Positions 27,351-35,835 of a stretch of 38,899 nucleotides of DNA are shown here, piece by piece. The position numbers and the translations under genes are program-made. This stretch comes from Fibrobacteria bacterium (lineage in GTDB: Bacteria; Fibrobacterota; Fibrobacteria; UBA11236), in contig JBJHDK010000016.1 of assembly GCA_050486505.1 (NCBI GenBank), forward strand, positions 1 through 38,899, written 5' to 3'. Positions within the stretch are counted from its first letter, which is position 1. Every line of letters begins with the position of its first letter. Below the pieces are notes generated by a model. The model was given only the letters and a program-made list of their open reading frames with translations. It was not told the DNA's origin and ran no database searches.

Positions 27351-28436
27351 ATGGCATTGAAGATCGGCATCATCGGCGCGGGCTGGATGGCGGCGTACCA
27401 CGAGGCGGGTTTTCGCGCGGCGGGCGCGGAGGTGGTGGCCATCACCGACAACAACCCGGCCGCGGCGCGCGCGGCCGCGGAGAAGTATCGCGTCGAGCGC
27501 ACGTTCGGAAGCGCGGCCGAGATGTACGCGGCCCTTCCCGATCTGGATGCGGTCTCGATCATCACCCCCAACGCGTTCCATCATCCGCTGGTGATGGAGG
27601 CGCTGGCCGCCGGCAAGCACGTACTGTGCGAGAAGCCGCCCGCGTTGAACGCGCGCGACACGGCGGAGATGGCGGAGGCCGCGAAGAAAGCCGGCAAGAC
27701 CCTGATGTTCAACTTCAACAATCGCGCGCGCCCCGAGTCCTACGCCATGCGCGACTTCATCCGCTCCGGCGCCGCGGGTCGCATCAACTCGGCGCAGGCC
27801 ATGTGGGTGCGTCGCAACGGCATTCCCGGCTTCGGGGGCTGGTTCACCAACAAGCAGCTTTCCGGCGGCGGCCCGCTCATCGACCTCGTCCACATGGCCG
27901 ACCTGGCGCTCCATTTCATGGGCTACCCCGAGCCGGCATGGGTCCTGGGGCAGACCTACTCCGACCTCATCGACAACAAGGAGTTCAAGGGACCGTGGGG
28001 CATTCCCGACGTGTCCGGGGGCGTCACCGACGTGGAGGCGGCGGCGCATGCGTTCGTCACCTTCAAATCGGGGCAGGTGCTTTCCATTCGCAACTCGTGG
28101 GCGGAGATGAACGAACGCGAGGAAGCATCCGTGACCTTCCAGGGACAAAAGGCGGGGGGGCGCCTGCGCCGTTTGTTCCGTGTCGAGGGGATCGATGCCA
28201 CCAGCACAGATACCTGCGAGATGTTCACGCAAGAAAACGGGTTCCCGGTGAACCGCAACGTGGTGTTCGAGGGCGACGTGGCCATGGGCCGCACGCGCTC
28301 GGCGATGAATTTCGCGCTGGCGCTGCAAGGCAAGGAGGATCCCCTGAACACGGCCGATGAGGCGGTGAAGCTGATGAAGATCATCGACGCGGTTTACGAG
28401 TCGGCGAAGACCGGGAAGCCGGTGGAGATTCGGTAG
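27351..28436 (+). CDS. Gfo/Idh/MocA family oxidoreductase
   Basis: GIIGAG, ITPNAFH, GKHVLCEKP, RRNGIPG.GGWFT, GGGPLIDL.H. Confidence 0.92.
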   Translation: MALKIGIIGAGWMAAYHEAGFRAAGAEVVAITDNNPAAARAAAEKYRVERTFGSAAEMYAALPDLDAVSIITPNAFHHPLVMEALAAGKHVLCEKPPALNARDTAEMAEAAKKAGKTLMFNFNNRARPESYAMRDFIRSGAAGRINSAQAMWVRRNGIPGFGGWFTNKQLSGGGPLIDLVHMADLALHFMGYPEPAWVLGQTYSDLIDNKEFKGPWGIPDVSGGVTDVEAAAHAFVTFKSGQVLSIRNSWAEMNEREEASVTFQGQKAGGRLRRLFRVEGIDATSTDTCEMFTQENGFPVNRNVVFEGDVAMGRTRSAMNFALALQGKEDPLNTADEAVKLMKIIDAVYESAKTGKPVEIR

Positions 28437-28440
28437 AAGT

Positions 28441-28468
28441 GAACAGTGTGCAGTGAGCAGTGGAAAAT
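28441..28468 (+). repeat. Heptamer tandem array GAACAGT/GTGCAGT/GAGCAGT/GGAAAAT
   Basis: Lies just after the stop codon; same unit family as 34411-34516. Confidence 0.65.
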
Positions 28469-28471
28469 GAG

Positions 28472-28496
28472 GGCCGGCGGTAACGTCGGCCTTTTT
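28472..28496 (+). terminator. Rho-independent terminator of the sugar operon
   Basis: GGCCGGCG-GTAA-CGTCGGCC-TTTTT. Confidence 0.8.
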
Positions 28497-28572
28497 GTTG
28501 GGATTTTATGGGATGCAGTGTCGGCGTGTTCCGTATTAGCCAACCACAACGACTACGTGTGCCCGAATCGGG

Positions 28573-28914
28573 CTACCCAATCCCCTCCACCTTCGCCGCG
28601 AGGACGAAGTCGCTTTCGGTCAGCCCGTCGATCTTGTGCGTCCAGATCGTCACGCGCACCTTGCCCCAGGCGAGGTGAATGTCGGGATGGTGCTGCTCCG
28701 CCTCGGCGATCGCGCCCACCTTGTTCGTGAACGCCAGCGCCTCAGCGAAGTCCGGGAACAGAAACTTTTTCTCCAGATGATGTTCCTTCACGACCTCCCA
28801 GCCGTGACCGAGCTGGTCCGTCAAGGCTTTCAATGCGGCGCCCTTGAGCGGCGGCACGCCGCCCTTGCAGGGAACGCATTCCTTTTTCGCGAGAATCGAA
28901 CAACCGTCTTCCAT
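28573..28914 (-). CDS. phhB: Pterin-4-alpha-carbinolamine dehydratase
   Basis: CVPC, F.DF..AL.F, AEAEQHHPDI, WTHKIDGLTESDF.LAAK; GGAGG RBS. Confidence 0.93.
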   Translation of the reverse strand: MEDGCSILAKKECVPCKGGVPPLKGAALKALTDQLGHGWEVVKEHHLEKKFLFPDFAEALAFTNKVGAIAEAEQHHPDIHLAWGKVRVTIWTHKIDGLTESDFVLAAKVEGIG

Positions 28915-29013
28915 GATGAGACCTCCTCCCAAGGAAGGATAGGTCCTGCCACACGGTCGGGAAAGGCCGGGGTATCCGGTGTGCGGGGCCTCGAAAGGCG
29001 TAATCCGATTTTA

Positions 29014-29039
29014 CGGGTTAAATCCATGGATTTGACCCG
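29014..29039. promoter_or_regulatory. Near-perfect 26-bp palindrome (candidate operator)
   Basis: CGGGTTAAATCCATGGATTTGACCCG: one mismatched pair and no loop, in a divergent promoter region. Confidence 0.5.
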
Positions 29040-29195
29040 CCAGGATGTAATCCTTTTCACTCCGGACAACGAGAGAATTCCGAAGAAACCCCCGATAAAT
29101 CCCTGAATATTGGACATTTCGTAATATCATTGATCCGGAGCGACTGGTTTTTGAGTATTCTCGACATCAGTACCACACGCACGAACGGTTCCGGA

Positions 29196-30035
29196 ATGTC
29201 ACCCGATATTTACCAGTACGATGACTTTCGCGCCTTCCTCAAGGAGTGCTTCGAGGCCAAGGTGCGTGAATCGGTCGCGGCGGGCGGCAAGAAATATTCG
29301 CAGCGGCAGTTCGCGCGTGATGCTGGCTTCGCCAATCCGGGTTACCTCAATGATGTGATCAAGGGGTTCAAGCCGCTCAGCGCGAACGCGATCGATAAAA
29401 TGTCCGTCGTGTTCGGCTTGAAGGCGCATGAAACCGAGTTTCTCAAGTTGCTTACGGAATACGGGCAATCCCGCAGCGCCGGGAAGAAGGACGAGCTGTA
29501 CAAGCAGATCCGTTCGCGGCGCAACCGCAGCAAATTCACGCGGCTCAACCCGGCGCTCAGCAAGTATTACCAGGATGTCCGCTATTCCCTCGTGCGCGGC
29601 GCAATCGAAGTCCTCGACTTCCGCGGCGACTACGAGGCACTCGCCGCCTTTCTCGATCCGCCCGTTCCCGTCGCGATCGTGAAGGCGGTGGTCCGGGACC
29701 TGTGCGAGTGGGGGCTCGTCGAACAGGGGGCCGACGGCCGTTACCGCACCACGCGGTCCATCGTGGAGCCTTCGTCCACGCTGGTCGGCATGAGCCGCGC
29801 CATGAACTCGGAATGGCTCGCGCTCGCGCGGGAGGCGCTCCACCGTGTCCCCAAGGAAGAGCGCCACGTGTCGACCATGATCGTCAACATCAGCGACGCT
29901 CTCCACGCCGAGATCCTCGAGCGCGTTGAAAGGTTCCGCGAGGAGATTTTCAAGCGCGTGGAGGCCGATCAAGGTCCGCGCCGCATCCAGCAACTGACGA
30001 TCGCCTACGTTCCGCGTTCGCGGGGGAAGCCATGA
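29196..30035 (+). CDS. TIGR02147 family (DUF4423) putative transcriptional regulator
   Basis: IYQYDDFRAFLKE, YSQRQFARDAGF.NPGYL..VIKG (XRE-like HTH), winged-helix-like middle, AREAL...PKEER.VST, IQQL.I...P. Confidence 0.88.
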   Translation: MSPDIYQYDDFRAFLKECFEAKVRESVAAGGKKYSQRQFARDAGFANPGYLNDVIKGFKPLSANAIDKMSVVFGLKAHETEFLKLLTEYGQSRSAGKKDELYKQIRSRRNRSKFTRLNPALSKYYQDVRYSLVRGAIEVLDFRGDYEALAAFLDPPVPVAIVKAVVRDLCEWGLVEQGADGRYRTTRSIVEPSSTLVGMSRAMNSEWLALAREALHRVPKEERHVSTMIVNISDALHAEILERVERFREEIFKRVEADQGPRRIQQLTIAYVPRSRGKP

Positions 30036-31381
30036 AACGGTTGCGTGGGGCTTTCTTCGTCCACGGCGGCCTGTCGGGGGTGGCTGCCGCGTTCGCGCTG
30101 CTCCTCGGGGCCTGCGGATCGAATGACCGCGTTGCGGGTGGCGACGACTTCCCCAACTCGGTCGAGACCCTCGCGCGCCAGGGGGGGCACGACATGCAGG
30201 ACAGCACGGAATGGAACGCCTACAAGGACGCCCCGTCCACGCCGCCCGGCATGTACGACAGCACGTATGTTCCCGACCAGGCGCCTTCCTCCGGCGCAGG
30301 CAAGGCGGCGTTGCTGCCCGACGAGCGCGTGGTTCCCGGTCGTGAAATCGCGGAAGCGGCGCGGGAGGTGAGCACTTCTGTTGCGGAAGGCGTGACCCGT
30401 ACGGTGCGCATTCAGACCGTCGCGGGCGTGACCGCCCGCGACACGAGCTGGACGCGCGAGGATTCTTCGGGAACTCCGCGCCTGCTGCGCGTTGCCGGGG
30501 CGGTCGCGTACGACGACGGACGCTCCGAAACCTTCTCCTTCGAGGACGGCGACGGCGACGGCTTCCTCGCGCCTCGCCGCGCAGGGGATGTCGCGGTCGC
30601 GCGCTTCAGGTCCTTGGGAACGGACGGTGTGAAGGAGGAGCGGGAGGTGCGCATGGCGGCCGGCGCCTCGGTGGATTTCAACGCGGGCGGCGACAGGACG
30701 TTGCTGGAGCTGCGCGTCGTCCGTCGCGCCGGGACCGACACGTTGATCCGCCTGGTCCTGCGCCCGGTTCCAGGGGATTCCGTCGTCTTCGACCCCGCGC
30801 GCGACACGAACCGCGTCGAGGTCGAGCACGAGTTCGTCCGTGGAGACGGCGCGCGCGTGGGGCTGTTCTATCGCAGCGTGGTGTTCGCCGACTCCGCGCG
30901 CAACTACCCGGTGCGTTTTCGCCGCGTGATCGAGAAGGATGGCGCCCGCGAAGAAACCGCGGCCTTCGGTCGCGATTCGCTGCCCGACTTCGCGCCGGGA
31001 GATACCGGATTCGTGCACTTCGTCCGCACGACGGCCGAATCGGACTCCCTCGAGCGTGCCGAAGCGTGGCATCGGGTCGCCCTCGCCGACACGGCAGGAC
31101 GGTTCGAAAGCAATCTCCTGCTCGGTGTTGAGCGGGAGCGGGCATATCGCCTGGGACACGCGCGCACGACACGGTTCCGCCTGGCGCCGGCCGTGCCCGT
31201 CGCCGACGGAAATTTGCCGCGCGAAGGCTTGGTCGAGTGGCGGCTCGATCTTCGGCCCTCGGGATGGATCGAGTTTTCCGGGGATGCCGGCGACGGGGAA
31301 GTCGTGGGGGACTACCTCACGTCGCGCGGCATCTCGGGGGTTCTGCGGTTCGACTTCGAGGGTAACGCGCTGTCGCCCTGA
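30032..31381 (+). CDS. Hypothetical beta-rich lipoprotein
   Basis: ATGA overlap with the TIGR02147 gene; lipobox LLGAC followed by AGGDDFPN; DGDGDG motif. Confidence 0.75.
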   Translation: MKRLRGAFFVHGGLSGVAAAFALLLGACGSNDRVAGGDDFPNSVETLARQGGHDMQDSTEWNAYKDAPSTPPGMYDSTYVPDQAPSSGAGKAALLPDERVVPGREIAEAAREVSTSVAEGVTRTVRIQTVAGVTARDTSWTREDSSGTPRLLRVAGAVAYDDGRSETFSFEDGDGDGFLAPRRAGDVAVARFRSLGTDGVKEEREVRMAAGASVDFNAGGDRTLLELRVVRRAGTDTLIRLVLRPVPGDSVVFDPARDTNRVEVEHEFVRGDGARVGLFYRSVVFADSARNYPVRFRRVIEKDGAREETAAFGRDSLPDFAPGDTGFVHFVRTTAESDSLERAEAWHRVALADTAGRFESNLLLGVERERAYRLGHARTTRFRLAPAVPVADGNLPREGLVEWRLDLRPSGWIEFSGDAGDGEVVGDYLTSRGISGVLRFDFEGNALSP

Positions 31382-31725
31382 TCTTTTTTTTCCGGGAGGC
31401 TTGGAACCCGCCTCCTTCCTTCAACCACACGCATGGCTCCTGCGGGAAACGCCGCCCTTCCGGAAAAGGTGGGGCTTTCTTGTAACCTGATTCCCCGAAT
31501 CTTGTGGATATTCCGGAGAAAACCCGCGTAAATCGTAACCATAATTTATAAGGATCGATGAAATTTAATAGGGAATTAACACGTTTAAATCAGTTTTATT
31601 CGGTTTTTTGCGGCTTTATCGTAATATCCATTCAGAAATTTGTTTTCCTGGATCCCGTAATCGGAATATCTTGAGAACGTGGCCCGGATGTCCGGGCGGA
31701 AATCACGGATTCAAGGAGGTGTGCC

Positions 31726-33075
31726 ATGAAAACGATGACCGGAAACCAGACGAACCCCCTGAAGGCCTTCGCGGTCGTTCTGGGGAGCGCATTCCTGATG
31801 ACAGGGTGTCTGCTGGACTCCAAAAGCGATGTTTCGATCCGTGCCGAGGCGTTTCTCGCGGGCATGATCCAGGGCGATGTCGAAGCCGGTGCCGCAGGTT
31901 CAGCGGACTGGGAAGGCACGATCGTGACCGCGCATGACCTGAATGCCGATGGAACCATCGGTGTCGAGCGCGGCCGTGCCGAGGCGAACGCCCAGGGCGA
32001 ATTCCGCATCGGAACCGAGTTGCGCGGCGAGCGCGCGTTGATCGTCCGCGCGGTGCGCGAAGGCACGGAATGGAAGGCCCGTTTCCGCGGCAGGCTCGAG
32101 GCCGAAGCGGAGCGCCCCGTGCGTCCGCTGAACCTGGAAAGCACGGTGGAGGCGGCGGTGTGGCTTGAGCTGCAAAAGACGGCGGAAGGTCGCACCGTGC
32201 ATTCTTCCGAGGTGACCGCGAATGTGGATGCCGAGGTGGCCGCTTCGGTGCACGGTGAATTCCGCGGCAGCGAGACGGCGCGCGCGCAGGTGATCGCAAG
32301 GTTGGCTCAAGCCATCGAGGCTGGCGCCAAGGCCCGTGCGGCTGTGTTCGCCGAGGCCCAGGCCAATCTCGAGGCCGCCGCCGAGGCGCGTGCCGAGGCC
32401 GAGGCGCGCTACCGTGCCGAAGTGAAGGCCGCGCGCGAGAACGCTGAGGAGCGCCGCCAAGCGCGCGAGCGGTATGTCCGCGCGCTCGCGGAGGCGGAGG
32501 TCGAGGCGGGCGTGGAGGCGATCGTCGCTGCCCGCGGCCGGGAAGCGGCCTATGAGGCCATGCTGCGCGCGTCCGCGAATGCGGAGATGTCCGATTCCGC
32601 GCGCGCCGCTCTCGCCCGCAACATGGCGCGCCTGACGGCCGAGGCCTCCGACGTCGCCGTGCAGGCGCGGCTTCGCGCGGCGGGCGCGGCCGAGACCCAG
32701 GTGAACGTCATTGCCGAGGCCACCGTCGCCTTGCGCGCGGCCATCACTGCCGCCACGACGCGTGAGCAGGTCGAGGCGGCCATCGCGACGTTCCGCGCGG
32801 AGGTGAAGGCTGCGGTCGAGCTCGCCTTTCCCGCAGTCGTTGCCGCATCCGCCGAGGCTTCCGCCAGCATCGATTCGATCGCTGCGGATCTTGAGTCGAA
32901 GGTGCGCGGGCAGGCGGAGGCTGCCGCCGACGCGGTGGGCCGCGCATATGTCGAGGCGCATGCGGGCGCCCATGCGGAGTTGCACACGCGGCTTGAAACC
33001 GCGGGCATGAACGCGGCGGAGGCATCCGCAGTCGCGGACATCATGGCCTTCGTGTCGGTGCGCACCGGGGCGTGA
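31726..33075 (+). CDS. Hypothetical lipoprotein with Ala/Glu/Arg-rich helical C-terminal region
   Basis: AAGGAGG RBS, lipobox LMTGC, beta-rich N-domain followed by about 290 aa of helical sequence. Confidence 0.8.
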   Translation: MKTMTGNQTNPLKAFAVVLGSAFLMTGCLLDSKSDVSIRAEAFLAGMIQGDVEAGAAGSADWEGTIVTAHDLNADGTIGVERGRAEANAQGEFRIGTELRGERALIVRAVREGTEWKARFRGRLEAEAERPVRPLNLESTVEAAVWLELQKTAEGRTVHSSEVTANVDAEVAASVHGEFRGSETARAQVIARLAQAIEAGAKARAAVFAEAQANLEAAAEARAEAEARYRAEVKAARENAEERRQARERYVRALAEAEVEAGVEAIVAARGREAAYEAMLRASANAEMSDSARAALARNMARLTAEASDVAVQARLRAAGAAETQVNVIAEATVALRAAITAATTREQVEAAIATFRAEVKAAVELAFPAVVAASAEASASIDSIAADLESKVRGQAEAAADAVGRAYVEAHAGAHAELHTRLETAGMNAAEASAVADIMAFVSVRTGA

Positions 33076-33137
33076 CGTTGACGGGCTCCCTCAAGGGGGA
33101 GGGAGAGGCCGGCGGGACGTCACATCCCGCCGGACGG

Positions 33138-33168
33138 ACGGCGATCCCGCAAGGGGTCGCCGTTTTTT
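33138..33168 (+). terminator. Rho-independent terminator
   Basis: ACGGCGATCCC-GCAA-GGGGTCGCCGT-TTTTT. Confidence 0.85.
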
Positions 33169-33211
33169 CCTTTTTACCTTTGACCCTTCGTTTACAACGC
33201 AAGGAACGTGC

Positions 33212-34408
<1,197 letters not shown>

Positions 34409-34410
34409 GC

Positions 34411-34516
34411 GTGCAGTATACAGTGTTCAGTGTGTAATGGGTGCGCGGATGCCGTCGGCAGTTTCGTATCCGGTATCGTTGTATGGCTGTTCACTGTTCA
34501 CTGTTCACTGTTCACT
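34411..34516. repeat. Foldback element: CAGT-type heptamer array, 48-bp core, (CTGTTCA)4
   Basis: GTGCAGT ATACAGT GTTCAGT GTGTAAT (34411-34438); four perfect CTGTTCA copies (34487-34514). Confidence 0.8.
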
Positions 34517-34537
34517 CTCCGCTCAGGGTTGACTTCC

Positions 34538-35683
34538 GTGGCGACTCCTCCCCTCGACCCCTCCCTCGTCCCCTCCCCCTCCTACGTCCTCGAGGAGGCG
34601 CTCCTGCGCCGGAATCTGGGGGTTCTCGATCGCGTCCAACGCGAGTCCGGGGCGAAGATCATTCTGGCCCTCAAGGGGTTCGCCTTCTGGAGCGCGTTTC
34701 CTTGGGTACGCGAGGTGTTGCACGGCGCCACCTCCAGCTCGCTGCATGAGGCACGTCTTGCCTACGAGGAGTTCGGGCGCGAGACGCATGTCTACTCCGT
34801 GGCCTACACCGACGAGGAGTTTCCCGAAATCCTGCGGATGGCCGATCATCTCGTGTTCAACTCGTTTTCGCAGTGGACGCGTTTCCGGGACCAGGTGAAG
34901 GCCTCCGAACGTCCGGTCGCATGCGGGATCCGCGTGAACCCCGGACACAGCGAAATCGAGACCCCGTTGTACGACCCCTGCTACACGGGCTCGCGTCTCG
35001 GGGTGATCCGGTCGGAGTTTCGCCCCGACCTGCTCGAGGGAATCTCGGGCCTGCACTTCCACGCGCACTGCGGCAACAACAGCGATACGCTGGAGCGCGT
35101 GGTGGAATCCTTCGAGAAACTCTACGGAGAATTCATTCCGAAAATGAAGTGGATCAACTTCGGGGGCGGGCATCACATCACCCGCGCCGATTACGACGTC
35201 GATCGACTGATCCGTGTGGTGAAAACCTTTCGCGAAAAGTGGGGCGTGGAGGTTTACCTCGAACCCGGGGAGGCGGTGGGCTGGCAGACGGGCCCCCTCA
35301 TCGGCTCTGTGCTCGACATCGTCCGCAACGGCCCGGAGATCGCCATCCTCGACGTCAGCGCAACGGCGCACATGCCCGACACGCTGGAGATGCCCTACCG
35401 TCCGGCCGTGCGCGGCGCGGATCTCCCCGGCGCATTGCCGCACACCTATCGCCTCGCCGGCAACACCTGCCTTGCCGGCGACGTGATCGGCGACTACAGC
35501 TTTTCGGAACCCCTGAAGATCGGCGATCGCATCGTGTTCGAGGACATGATCCACTACACCATCGTCAAGAACACGACCTTCAACGGCGTACAGCTTCCCT
35601 CGCTGTGCATCTGGACGAAGGAGGGGGAGCTACGCGTCGTGCGGAAGTTCGGGTACGAGAGTTATCGCGACAGGAACTCTTAA
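34538..35683 (+). CDS. nspC: Carboxynorspermidine decarboxylase
   Basis: PSPSYVLEE, ILALKGF, YDPC..SRLG, GLHFH, NFGGGHHIT, LEPGEA, HMPD.LEMPY, TCLAGD, HYTIVK.TTFNG. The GTG start is approximate. Confidence 0.95.
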   Translation: MATPPLDPSLVPSPSYVLEEALLRRNLGVLDRVQRESGAKIILALKGFAFWSAFPWVREVLHGATSSSLHEARLAYEEFGRETHVYSVAYTDEEFPEILRMADHLVFNSFSQWTRFRDQVKASERPVACGIRVNPGHSEIETPLYDPCYTGSRLGVIRSEFRPDLLEGISGLHFHAHCGNNSDTLERVVESFEKLYGEFIPKMKWINFGGGHHITRADYDVDRLIRVVKTFREKWGVEVYLEPGEAVGWQTGPLIGSVLDIVRNGPEIAILDVSATAHMPDTLEMPYRPAVRGADLPGALPHTYRLAGNTCLAGDVIGDYSFSEPLKIGDRIVFEDMIHYTIVKNTTFNGVQLPSLCIWTKEGELRVVRKFGYESYRDRNS

Positions 35684-35690
35684 GGCAATC

Positions 35691-35835
35691 AAGAATTGAG
35701 AATTAAGAGTTAAGAATGTGGGTTGGATGCTTGAGCGAAAGGGCTTGGCGAATGGCACGCAATCCGCAGATTCGGTTCGTACAAGCATGAATACTGTGTT
35801 CAATTCTTAATTCCCAATTCTTAATTCATAACTCT
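35691..35835. repeat. Foldback element: RAGARTT heptamer array, 82-bp core, inverted YAAYTCH array
   Basis: AAGAATT GAGAATT AAGAGTT AAGAATG (35691-35718); CAATTCT TAATTCC CAATTCT TAATTCA TAACTCT (35801-35835). Confidence 0.85.

Noticed and set aside
28573..28914. phhB without a neighbouring phenylalanine hydroxylase
   Set aside because: Orphan pterin carbinolamine dehydratases are common in bacteria.
33164..33191. Possible further heptamer arm (TTTTTCC TTTTTAC CTTTGAC)
   Set aside because: It is degenerate, overlaps the terminator U-tract and has no inverted partner.
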